Positions 37,153 through 50,800 of a DNA stretch of 64,000 nucleotides are shown piece after piece. How positions within the stretch are numbered: position 1 is the first letter of the stretch; every line of letters begins with the position of its first letter. The DNA is from Octopus sinensis (taxonomy: Eukaryota): NCBI RefSeq assembly GCF_006345805.1, contig NC_043011.1:21712464-21776463 (forward strand), given 5' to 3'. The notes beneath the pieces are model-generated. The model had not been told where the DNA came from, did not search any database, and was given only the letters and a program-made list of their open reading frames with translations. The translations under genes and the position numbers were made by a program.

Positions 37153-38644
37153 ACTATATATATAATATATATGTATATACAGTTGCATATACATACAGTC
37201 AGTTAACATATGATATAGCAATTCATTTCAATCTATGATCATTTATAAATACATACACTACAATATATTCAGCATCAATTTTTTGTACACACAAAACTAT
37301 CTACATAATAGCATATATTCAAAACACACATATGCAATATGAGAATTAAGTTTAAAACAGTATATAGCACTCAATTTTTATAGAGGTAAAAAAAAGATAT
37401 TACATATATATATATATATATATATATATACATGCATACATACATTTTCAAGAGTATAAATGGAGAAAAAGTACTTAATACATATAGTAGAGTTTATTCA
37501 TTCAAAGTTGGTGATTCTCATCTTCACTTTGTTGCTACTCTGAGTTTCTTGCTCAGTGAGCATTGATCAGGTAGAAAAATGAAGATCAAGAATATATATT
37601 TTGAAATATGCATGTAATAATTGGCTGCACAATTTATAATGTCGATTAGCCATCTAGGAGGTAATAACTTTGAATAGGAATTGATAAAAGGGTAGCATGG
37701 TCTTTTTAGTCATCTGGTACAGGATAACTTGTCTTGAGCCAATAATATGATCAAATGCACCAAGAACATTCTATAGAGTGGTTGGTGATGGGATGACCAT
37801 CAAGCAATAGGAATCACAACAACAAAATAGAATGCACAAGGCATGGGTGCTGCAAGCTGCATTACAAGCTATCTAGGAGGGCAGTAACTCCATATAAGAA
37901 ACTGATGTAGAGTAAAGGGTGCTGCTTCATTCCCCACTCTGCATGGGACAACATCTCTAGTGCTGGTAGTGGCGTGATAAAATGCACCTAGTCCACACTA
38001 CAAGACATCAAAACAACAACAATTTTGGCTGGTTTCTGTTGCTCTGTGTGCAAGGTAGTGCAGAACACAACCAGTAATGAGACCCAGTCAACTCATGCCA
38101 ACATGGAAAAACAGATGTAAAAGGATGCTGTTGATGATGACATACAATAAAAAAACAATGTCACTGTTCCATTGCAATTATTACTCTGTTGTTATACTTA
38201 TATAAACGTGATGGGTTTTGGCTTGTTTGCTTGTTTTTTGTAATGTTATGCTTTATCTAATTTCAAGATCACCATCAAAGAAAAAAAAAATTCACTAATG
38301 GGAATGAGAAATTCAATCTAAGAATTCACGGAGTCATCTTCTTCAGCTAAGATGTAGACAAATTACTAAAATATATTGGAGGTAGAATAATAATATTTCT
38401 CATTAAACTATAGTATAATCTTAAAAAAAAATTTAAATACTTCTCATTTACCTCAAGCTCAAATCTGGTAAACAGTCATTCAGAGAAAATTTTTTAATTA
38501 CTCATTTTTGAGCAGCATTTTTACATATTTTTTCTTTTCAACAGAGTTCTAGAAGTTACATTTTTAAAAATTTCATTCATTAAAATGTTTATATTATTAT
38601 TATAATTATTATTGTTATTATCATTATTACTATTTATACACTTA

Positions 38645-38852
38645 TTACTCAGGTTTCTTCAATGACAGATGAAGAGTTTTATTTATAGTCAATCTGTCAG
38701 GATTGATTTTGCGCAGCAGCTGTGCAATACAGTTGGTCAACTGTTCATTGGTCATATTTAACTTTTTCGATTTGAACTTTTGTAACAAGTCTTTTGTACT
38801 CATGGGCTTACGCATTAAATAACGCCGGATACTCTCCTCAGAAATTCCTTCA
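38645..38852 (-). CDS. GTF2F1: GTF2F1 terminal coding exon (winged-helix domain)
   Basis: TTACAG|T GAA GGA ... stop TAA at 38647-38645, 208 nt. Confidence 0.96.
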
Positions 38853-41800
38853 CTGTAATGAGAAAAAAAGAGAGAGAAAAAATCAGAATTTAACAACCAT
38901 TATATAAATTGCATATATACTCTTTACTCTTTTACTTGTTTCAGTCATTTGACTGCGGCCATGCTGGAGCACTGCCTTTAATCGAGCAACTCGACCCCAG
39001 AATTTATTCTTTTGTAAGCCCAGTACTTATTCTGTCGGTCTCTTTTGCCGAACTGCTAAGTAACGGGGACATAAACACACCAGCATCGGTTGTCAAGCAA
39101 TGCTGGGGGACAAACACAGACACGCATATATATACATATATACGACGGGCTTCTTTCAGTTTGCCTGCTGAATCCACTCACAAAGCTTTGGTTGGCCTGC
39201 AGCTATAGTAGAAGACACTCAAAGTGTTGAGCAGTGGGACTGAACCCAAGACCACAAGACTGGGAATAAAGCAAGATACCCACACAACCATGCCAGTGCC
39301 TTCAGCCACACCTGGATAAAAGTTTTTGTATGTATCTGGCAAAAAAAAACCTTCCATCTCAATCACATTGCTACATGCAATAATGAGCTAAGCTGGTAGC
39401 TGTGGCAAAATTATTGTTGAATTCATGGCCTAGACATGTTTACTTATCACAAATTGCTTTTATTTACAAGGTTTATTCCATAAATCAGGGAATCTAACAG
39501 GTAAACAAGAATTTTACTCCATACAAGAGTAGTTGGGACTTAGAAGTTAATATGTAAAAACACTTTATTTCACATTGCTCCAATTCACTCAGCTGTAGAA
39601 ATGAGTTGTGACATCCCTGGTGCCAGGCTGTATCGGCTTTTGCTTTTCTCTTGGATAACATCGGTGGCATGGAGAGGGAAGACTGGCATGCATGGGTGAC
39701 TGCTGGTCTTCTACAAACAACTTTGCTCAGACTTGTGCCTCGGAAGGAAAATTCTAGGTGCAATCTGATGGTCATTCATGACTGAAGGGGGTCATCTATG
39801 TAAATGTGTCCAATGGTTCTAAAGATCTATTATGGGTTACTGTTTAGCTCCAGTTTCATAGAAGCAACCAAATCAGAAACAACTCCTAGCCTCGCCACGA
39901 CCACCATCATATTTCCATGTGAATTGGTACTAAGTTGAAACTATAACATAAACTAAAGCATAAAGAACTAAATAGACAATAAAATGCTTTGCAGTGGATT
40001 TTAACTCTAGACAACCTGCACAGACCAATGTAAATGGTTAATAACTTGAAAAAGATAAGATAAGACAAAAAGCAACATTATTATTAATTTTTGAGAGCAA
40101 CAACACAAACCTGCTAGTGCATGGAACATTCCCAACAGGACTCTCAGTTCGCACTTTTTTACTTGCAAATGATGTTTCTGGTTCAGCTTTTCGTTTCTGT
40201 GGGAGGACTGGAATAACAGGAAAATCAAATATTAGTTCATAAATCATATGTGGGTGAACAGCAAAAATCAAAAAGATGACATACATATTCCTTTTGAATA
40301 TGTTCCAGTAGATTTTAACATGAATACAATGTCCAAGACATTTGGTGCACTGTTGTACCCAAGAATACCTGTCCGCCAAAGCAGAATTGATATCAAAGCT
40401 GGTTGCCATATAAAAGCACCCTGTACACTTTGTGGAGTGGTCAGCATTAGGAAGGGCATCCAGCCATAGAAACCGTGCCAGAACAGACAATGGAACCTAA
40501 TGCAGCCCCTGGCCTTACCAGCTACAGTCAAATCATCCAACCCATGCCAGCATGGATAACAGATGTTAAATGATGATGATGTTGATGATGACAACAGTGG
40601 TAACCATGTACACAGACCCTAAATTAGCTGGAACATATTAAGAAAATATGCACACGGTGAACAGCACAAATCATAATGATGACATACATATTCATTCTTA
40701 ATATGTTCCACAGATTCTAACATGAATACAACACTGATAACCATATACTCACATAATTGTAGTTGTGATATCTGCACCGGTGGCACGTAAAAAGCACCGA
40801 TCGATCGTGGCCATTGCCAGCCTGCCAGTGGCACCTAAAAAGCACCATTCATTAGGCAGCCGATGCCAGCGCCGCCTTGACTGGCTTCCATGCCGGTGGC
40901 ACGTAAAAAGTACCAACCAATCATGGCCGTTGCCAGCCTACCCTGGCACCTGTGCTGGTGGCTCCTAAAAAGCACCATCCGTATGTGGCCGATGCCAGCG
41001 CCGCCTTGGCTGGCTTCTGTGTCAGTGGCACATAAAAACCACCAACTGATTGTGGCCGTTGCCAGCCTCCTCTGGCACGTAAAAAGCACCCACTACACTC
41101 ACGGAGTGGTTGGCGTTAGGAAGGGCATCCAGCTGTAGAAACACTGCCAGATCAGACTGGAACCTGGTGCAGCCTCTTGGCTTCCCAGACCCCAGTTAAA
41201 CCGTCCAACCCATGCTAGCATGGAAAACGGACGTTAAAAGATGATGATGGAACATATTAATAAGAAACATTAGTTAATTAAACGAATAAATTCAATTTAC
41301 AGTCTCAAAACAAAATATGTTGCCTTCAATTGGATAGTATTTTTCAGTTTTCTTATAATTTATGTAATGAAGAGTATCATTAGTTACATGTTCCTGATGG
41401 ACTAAATGCTGGTTTATTACTTTGTCCGAATTTGAGAGTGACACCCCAAGGAATTTTTGTTCAATGCTCAGGCATTTTCTTGCTATAGTTATCTTTAGGT
41501 AACAAGTGAGATGTGGTTCCCCAACCTATCTATATACACAACAGGCTTCTTTCAGTATCTGTGTGCAAAATCCACTTACAAGGATTTGGTGGGCCTAGGC
41601 ATATAGTAGAAGACACTTGCTCAAGGTGTCATACAGTTGGACTGAACTGAAGATAATGTGGTTGGGAAGCAAACTTCTTACCACAAAGCCAAACCTACAA
41701 CTGACAAAATAAATTATGAACCAAATACTGGGGCAGATATAACTGACTAATACTGTCTCTACTAAACTGCTGGCTTTGTATATAAATTAGAAGTAATTAT

Positions 41801-44800
41801 TATTAATGGTGGTGAATTGGCAGAATTGTTAGCATGCCAGGCAAAATATTTAGCAGCATTTTGTCTATCTTTATTGTCGGAGTTCAAACTCCACTGAGTC
41901 AACTGCCTTTCATCATTTTAGGGTTGACAAAATACCAGTACTGGGGTCAATGTAATCAACTAAGCCCCTCCCACAAAATTTCAGGCTTTATACCTATAAT
42001 AGAGAGGATTATTATTATTATTGAGAGAGCAATGCATGCCATCAAAGTGAAACTGGGGTACAAATATACGAAACCCAATATACCTATCATGACTACCAGT
42101 CTGATAAGGGTACACCAGGCACATGCATCACAACCATGTGGCATGGTGATCTCACATCAAGATAAACAGTGTATGACTAAGAGGATTGGGAGCTTTATGC
42201 TAGATGGAGGTGGTGTGTGTTTAACACCTATGTTTCCAGAGATGAATTATTCAAACCCCAAATAATCCCTCTTAACACATGGCTATGATGCTCCCATACG
42301 ACTTCTGCTCATGACCAGAGCTGCACATATCATCAGCCATTAAGGGACATGTTCAACTAGTTATGGTCAAGCAAATCTCAGAATATTTGCTGTAGCCTAT
42401 CTGTCATACTAAGACAAAACATATACATGATAACATTTTCAATCAGTTCAGATCAGAAGCAATGAGAGCCACTGCCTGGTACTGCATCTTATTATTATTA
42501 AGAAATCAGTTCCACAACAACAACTACTACTACTATCATCATCATCTCAGGTTTTGTTGTAACTCCTGGAGTCTTGCATGCATAACAGGCTTGCTGCCTG
42601 CAGCCTACGGTACCATGCTATCTGTTCTTTTCAACTATCTAATAATTTCCTGATTATTCTGGCCATGCCAAGGAGGCAAACCTTTTGTAGCAGTTCTACT
42701 GGGCACTCTATTCCAATTTCCTTTATATTATTCTTGATGCATTCTGGTATTGTTCCCAAAGAACCAACAATTATTGGCACTATCTTCACCTTATTCATTT
42801 TCTATAACCAGGCTATTTCATACTTAAGAGGATTGTATATGTCTATTTTTTCGCCTTCCTTCTTGACTATTCATAGATTAAAGAGACACTATTATTATGA
42901 GCACCTTTTCGAACTCCACCTGTCTAACACCCGTGGACATGTTTACAATGTCAGAAAACAGCACAGCTTGCATGACTTTCGGAAACATTTTTTCACGCTA
43001 GGAATTGCTGAAGCATGGAACAAGATGCCGGCATCAGTTGTTAGTTGTCGGAGCACTTCATCCTTCAAAACTTCCATGCTTCCTGAGATTTGCCAACACT
43101 ACACCTGATTTTCTCCCCTCCATACACACACAAGCATGTATCTGACTCATACACTGTTCACTTTCCAGACATTTGTACATTACTGCATATGCTTTATACG
43201 CACTTTTGACAAGTTGTGGTGCACCTGAGCACTGTATACAATAATTTCATCATTATTATTTATATATTTGTGCTTAATTACCTTTCTTTTCCTCGGGTTG
43301 TGCTGCAGATGAAGCAGTTGAAGCAGGAGCTGCTTTCTTATCCAGAACTTTTTTGGATCTCTCTTTAATCTGCAACATAAATCATTTCACTCAGTAAAAC
43401 AAAAGATAATAAAATGTAGCTTGAAATATCATCATCATTATTTATTGCCCATGTTCCTTGCCGAGTTAGATGGTTTCATGGGAACCAATGGGTCCAAGGA
43501 CTGCATTGTGCACTAGTGTTTTGTTTTGGCATTGTTTCTACGGCTGAATGCCCTTCCTAACACTAAACAGTGAGTACTGGGTGCTTTTTATGTGTTACCA
43601 GCGCAAGTGAGGTTGCAGTGCAGCTTACAAGAATAAGGAACCTTGAGAGGGTTGGGAGCTTTGTACTAAGAGATGGGCGAGGGAGGGGGATGTGAGTGCT
43701 TAACCCTTTGGCATTCACATTATTTTGTCAAAAGTAATCCTTATTTATACACATTGTTTTGAATTAATCATGCATTACCTTGTAGCTACAAGATTTTGAT
43801 GAGGTGATTGTTGATTTTTAAAATGATATTGTAGGGTTGGTGTGAGAGGCCAGATCTGGCCAGTTTGAACGTAAAACATACTCTCCCTCTCTCTTTTACT
43901 CTTTTACTTGCTTCAGTTATTTGACTGCGGCCATGCTGGAGCACCGCCTTTTAATCGAGCAACTCAACCCCGGGACTTATTCTTTTGTAAGCCCATTACT
44001 TATTCTATTGGTCTCTTTTGCCGAACCGCTAAGTAACGGGGACATAAACACACCAGCCTCGGTTGTCAAGCAATGCTAAGGGGACATCACAGACACACAA
44101 ACACATACATATATATAAATACGACAGGCTTCTTTCAGTTTCCATCTACCAAATCCACTCACAAGGCTTTGGTCGGCCCAAAGCTATAGTAGAAGACACT
44201 TGCCCAAGGTGCCATGCAGTGGGACTGAACTCGGAACCATGTGGTTGGTAAACAAACTACTTACCACACAGCCACTCCTGCGCCTACATGGGGAATATTT
44301 TGACTGGATATGGCTAGTTTAAATGCTAAAGGGTTAAAGTATGAGAGAAGAGGAAAGAGTAGGTTTCTTGCTGTAGAGAAACTACATGGTTATTCATAAT
44401 TAGAAGTGAGAGTGCGAATCATTAGGTGGAGCTGGAAAGAGATAAACAGTGGTGATGAGGTGTCCATGTGGTCCCACTCAGTAAGAGGTGAGTAGAAGTG
44501 AGTGGGGACAGAGGAACTAGGTGTGTGGGTGGGTAAATGGTTGCAAGAAACTATGGGGGAGCGAGAGGCAGGGGAATGCCAAGAAGCTAATTCAGTTGCA
44601 GCCCATATGTTGAGTAAACAACAGCATTTACTTTGAAGTACCACTGCTTTTATATTCCTCTCCAACATGGATGGTGGCAGATTAGACAGCCCTAGTGGCA
44701 TTCACAATATATTTGCTGAAATAGTATTCCAGTTTTTATATCCAGCTGGGAGATTTTGCTGATCCTGACGGTCCAAGCGTCCTTATCATAATTCTGTTAT

Positions 44801-47800
44801 GCTTCTTTAACAGTGTTCTTATTCAACACTGCACAACCTTTCTGGTGTCTGTTTGTATTCATTCTACTGCATGTAAACAACCAAAGTTAAAATATATAGT
44901 AAGCTATGCAAAATTAAATCATGTCTCACTACACATCAATCCTTCAACAAATGTTTCATGTCAATTAACATTCACTCAACAGGAAATTTATCTTTATACA
45001 CACTTTGTTCGGCTTTTGTTAAAGATATAATATAAATTTATTGCAAAGGAGCCTTCTCTTTCATCGCTACCTGGTGGTTACCGCCCGTTGACGAGGGACA
45101 ACAATCCCGAAACTAGTTCAAGCGTATCACTCAGGCTTGCGAGGAAGGGATGGCCTCCCTTTGCAAATACTCCAAGGACACAGATATTGTGTCTAAAGCC
45201 AGCTAGAGACGAAGATCTCTTGGGGCTATAAAGCTACAGTAACACTCCCTCCCCAATGTGGTTAGCCATGATAAGATGGCTTCTATACTTTACATTATCG
45301 AGCGATTACTGTTTCAATCTCATTCTGAGATTTAATTATGCATAATATAAATTATTTTGTGTGAAAAACAAATCTTGCCTTCTGACATTCTTTTGAACAT
45401 ATTTTAAACTTGGAACTCCTTTCAATGGTAGCATTCCCTTACTAAACGTTTATGATATCACCATGTTGGTGAGTGAATCACTGCCATCCCAACCACTCAA
45501 ATGATTGTCTTTTGCATGCCTAAGTGTACACAATCTCATATGTATGAGCAATACTGTAATGAATATCTTGTTTCAGTTTTCAAGAGGGATGCAAGGTATT
45601 TACTTACCTTTAGGAGTTGAGAAGTACGTTTCTCATCCATATCAGAGTCGCTTCCAGATGAAGATGAACTGCTGTCACTATCTGATGAAGAGAAATCAAA
45701 GAGTACTTAGGAAGTTTCAAAGAACTAGTATTGTTGTTTATAGCAATATAGCCAAAGCTGAGAGTAAACAAAGTGGTGATAAAGAAAACTTAATGACTGT
45801 GAAGTTAAACCATTGAATAGCAGGAATAAATGGAGGAGCTTCTGTGGAGTGGAGAGGGGAAAACCATCATAAAAGAGTAGTTAGTATTAGAAAAGATATC
45901 CAACCAAAACCAGAAAAAAAACTGCTCCAAGAGCATGAACATATATTCACAAACACTATTTCCCCCAGTTAACACAAGTAAAATAGAAGTAAATAAAAAA
46001 TTTGTTGTATAACAATATAGAGCAAAGCATTGTAAGGCCATGGTCCCTAACTTTTCAAAATGAAAGGGCCAACCTTGGGTTTTAATGAGATACTCAAGGT
46101 TAAATTTTCTCAACAAGCTTAATACTAGTAATGGTTATTTCTATGTTAGTTATAGAAAGCTTTAAAATTTAATGTAAATACTTCTCCCTCACCATTCAAT
46201 GTTGGGCAGAATTCTTATAATGATTGTATCATTCTAAATAAATGGTCTATCTCATTTTTTAAAAGATTTTCCCTTGATTTAAAAGAATACATCTTACAAA
46301 AAATCGAAGATAGTTAAGTTATATGTATTTTTTCAATGTCCAAGTTAACTTGTTTAAATCCAAATGAGTAAAAGTACATTTTAATTTCTATAATAAAAAA
46401 TAAAGGAAACAAAAAAAACATTTTTTTTTGTAATTAACACAGTGTATATAATTCAAAAAGGAAATAAAAAAATATGCTCTGAAATGAAATGCCATATCAA
46501 AATAATTGATCCATTAAGGGATTAAAGGACTGTGGAGTGTTCATTACTGTAAAGCATTTATAATATGGTGTGCTGAAAAGCTTCTGGCTTGAGTAAAAGA
46601 AAATACAGGAGGATCAGTTAATTATGATTTTATTCAACATATTCCCCTCTCAGATTCACACACTTATTGCAGGGGTACTTCAGTCTTTCTGAGCCCTATA
46701 AAAGAACTCAGAAAGTTGGGCCACCAACCAGGCCTTTTGTGATACCCTCAAAGCTAGGAACTTTTCAGCATCCCCTTGTACATCCTCTCTATACCATTTC
46801 TTTCTCTTAATATGTTACTGTGTTAAAGACAGGGTCTTTATATTTTTATGAGCTGTATTTCTTGCAATAAGTGTCTATTAGTTTCTTCCAAACCTTCTTT
46901 TAATATATGGTGCAAATATACAAAAACAGACAGAGACAGGTGAGAGAACAACAAACAAGGTGTATTAATTTGATGCTCAGTAAGAATGGAAAAGTCTTTG
47001 ATGTTTCAAGACTATGCTCTTCAACAGAAAGGAATGAGGAAAGAAAACAGAGAGAGAATAAAAACATGTCTGGATTAACTGTTTCACATGTTGAATTCTT
47101 CTTTTACTTATATTAAGGTAATTTTTAAAACAATTTTTAACCAGAATAGAAAAATGCCTTTGGGAGTGAATAGTACCAAACATGTCGACTAAATGTTACC
47201 AATTCTAATAACATGTACATCCAACAAGGGAGCCTTCATAGGGTCAATTGGCTTGCTATACATAGCAGTTAAAAATCTCCTTCAAATCACATCCTACCAT
47301 TTAAAAAAAACCCAGATATATTGGATAATATACTTCTCAGATATACTCCTAAGAAAGACGGCAGATTGTGAATGGTATACCTTTAATTCACAGGCCCCTG
47401 GGGTTAAACAACAACTCAAAATATGTATGTTTTTATTTGTTTCTTTGATTTTACCTTTTTTGGTCTTTTCATCTTTTATATCTTCATTTTCCTCATCCTC
47501 ATTCTTCTGTTCCTCTTCATCACTGCTGGCCTCAGAATCAATCAGTTTTCTTAAACCAGTCTCTTCATCAACACCTTTTTCCTCATACTTCTCTTCTTTG
47601 TCACGGTCCTCAATTTCAGACATACTACTGCAAGGGCAAAATTCCACTAACTCATATACAATTTCATTTACACAATAAACAACAACAATAATAACAGTAC
47701 GTGGATAGCAGATATACAATTCAGTCGTATTTTCCATATCATAAGTCATCCACTTTATTTTCTCTTATAGTTCAAAAATTTCTATATTATTAGACACAGG

Positions 47801-50800
47801 TGTTTGCTTCCCAATCATGGTTCAGGGTTCACTCCCACTACATGGCATCTTGGGTAAGTGTTTTCTAGCTTCAGGACTATCAAAGCCTTGAGTGGATTTG
47901 GTAAATGGAAACTGAAAGAAGCTTGCTGTATATGTGTGTGTGTGCAGCCATATGCAACTCAACTTGTTACATCTGTGCTATGTGATTGTATAGTTAAGAA
48001 GCTTGTTCGCAGCTACATACTTCCAGGTTCAATCCCAGCGCACCACCACCATTACCATCATCAAACAACCACTTTTCCATACTTACATGGGTCAAAAGGC
48101 AGATTTTCTACAGCTGGATGCCCTTTCTGTTGTCAACCTTCACTTGTTTCCAAGCAAGATAACATTTTCTCCATAGCTAGACATATTTTTCATGAAAGAC
48201 TGGAAACAAACATCACTCAGTGATGCTCATTTTCAACTATCACATGATGTTAAAAACACATGCACACACACACACACAATTTCCATCAACCAAATCCATG
48301 CACAAGGCTTTAGTCAACCCAGGGTTATAGTAGAAAACACTTGCCCAGAGTGCCATGCAGTGGGACAGAACTTGAGACTACAAGGTTTAGAGGCAAGCTT
48401 CTTAACCACATAGGCATACCAGTGCTAGGGCAAGTATCTCTTAAAATAATTTCAGCTTGTCCATGTTCTTAATAATAAAGGTTACAATAATTAAACAAAT
48501 CTGTCAAGACATAAGTGTGCTTGCTAGGGGCACAATGTAAAGACATTGACAGGAGATAAACTTTAGACCAGTACTTCTTAGACTAAGGTGTTGGCCAATT
48601 AAGCCTATTATGACAGGAGCATTGGACTAACTAAATGTAGGTGAAACACTACTTTACTTCTTTTGATAGCCAATAGATTAAACATTTTACCAAGTTAGCC
48701 ACTTAGGACTCCAGCAAATAAGAGTGAAATGAAAAAAAAAAAAAATATGTGCCTATGATTACATTCATATAAATGCAGACAATTCAAGTCACACAAGAGA
48801 CATCATTACTGAGCAACACCAAAAACTAATCGTGGACAAACATGAAATACCTACCTGGCTGAGTCAGTCATATAATCCACCTCACGATCATCATAATCAC
48901 CTTCATCACTTTCTTCAATTGCTTCATTATCAGAATTGCTCTTGGAGTTCTTTTTAATTTTAACATTTTTTGCATCTTTCTTTTGGGGTTTATCTGGTTT
49001 ATTATCTAATATATATGTATAAGAAAATTTCAAAAAAGCATATAAATTAGAAAAAATTATATAACAGTAAATTCTAGCAAATCATCACAATCACCATCGG
49101 TTTCTTCTTTAAGCTGCACATGTTCTCAATCATTTTTTATCAATGGACCTCCTTGATTTTTATTTTACTTAGGTGGCCCCTCATAGCTATTCAATACTTT
49201 AAAAAAGTCCCATTATATTTTTATAATTAAATATAATCAGAAATTGCATTAAAAAACTAGTTAAAATATTTTGTGTATTGTAGAAGTATAACCTATTTAC
49301 TGAAATGGATTTTAACAATAAAATCTTATATGGACCCCCAAAAGCCTTATGGACCCAGGTTGAAAACCACTGCGGTAGAGCATGAACAACTTATTGAGGC
49401 AGTATTCTACAGACATATGCCCTTCTTGTCACCAACATTTATTTGATTTTCTCAAGTAAGATGTTTCTGACTGGACTGCATACAAAACCATTGAAACTGC
49501 CAAGCTACAGGACATATTATTAGCAAAAGCAAAGACTCCCATATATATATGTGTGTGTGTTTGTGTGTAAAAAGCATGCACACTGATACCACATGAAAGA
49601 GCTCCCATGCCAGTGCCATGTAAAAAACTTCCATGTTGGTGCCATGTAAGTGGTTGGCGTTAGGAAAGGCATCCAGTTGTAGAAACCATGCCAAAACAGA
49701 CAAATAGAGCCTGGTGTAGCTCTCTGAGTTGCTACCTGCTGTCAAACCATCCAACCCATGCCAGCATGGAAAATGGATTTTAAATGAGGAGGTGGTGGTG
49801 ATGATGATGATATATGATGAGCTGCTACCATGCAGTTTCTGTCTCCCAAATTTTATTCACAAGGCACTGGTTTGTTCAAGACTATAGCAGAAAACACTTG
49901 CACAAGTGCTAGAGTGGGATAGAACCTGAAACCATGTGATTACCAGGGGAAAATTCTATCAAATACATAATACAAGAATATTAACATATTTTTCAAAAGC
50001 ACATCAGCTGTTGTTTTTTAAGCAACAGTCAGAGGAGGTTAATCTGTAACCATGAACTCTGTAGTTCATACGAGACAAGTGAGATTGATGTAGTTGATAT
50101 CCAGCTTGGATACAGGTACATCAGTATCTACAGATAGAATTATGGATAGCAGAAGAGAAAAGAGGCAATTAAATTTCAAAGAGTTACAGTTCTAGGAAGG
50201 AAGTATTGGTTAATGAACCTGGTAGGTGAGAAGGAGTAATAAAACTAATGGCTTGAAGAAAATGAAGATGCAAGTTTCACTTTACAAGAGAATAGTTGGC
50301 ATTCATAGAGATATGATATCATAACAAATTATGCAATTTATAGAGATGTCAGAACCCGACTGAGCCTCTTCAAAATGTCAGACTGTACAGGCATTATATA
50401 TAATTCTGACTGTTGCAAGAAGCTTGACAATGTCCAATACTTCGAATATATTAACAACAGATAAGAGCCTTCATTTAAATAATAATTTATGGGAACTAAA
50501 TTTTTTTTAAATCTATTAGAAAGATACTTGGGTGTGTGTGTGGTGTACACACAGAAACAGATACACACACATACATATATATATAGATATATATACATAC
50601 ACACACACACAAATATACCCTGATGGGATATGAGCTCAGAAAATAAAGAGCCAGAAGAAATGCTAATGATTCTACCAATTTGCTACTTTTGTAGAAAATA
50701 CTGAATTTTTATCTTTCACTTGTTTCTGCTATTAGACAAATAAGAAATAAAGAGTAAAGAAAGAAACAATGGAAATAAGATGAGATAGAAACACTTTAAA

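Noticed and set aside
40775-41100. Regularly spaced GGCACGTAAAAAGCACC repeats resembling a CRISPR array
   Set aside because: Spacers are mutually similar; these are internal subrepeats of a dispersed eukaryotic repeat and no cas genes are present.
44690-44870. Possible extra GTF2F1 exon or intronic snoRNA
   Set aside because: Stop codon in the required frame, no convincing C/D or H/ACA boxes, and the flanking exons already join in phase.
45041-45166. Long hairpin as a SECIS element for the selenoprotein
   Set aside because: It lies ~28 kb upstream of that gene inside a GTF2F1 intron, not in its 3' UTR.
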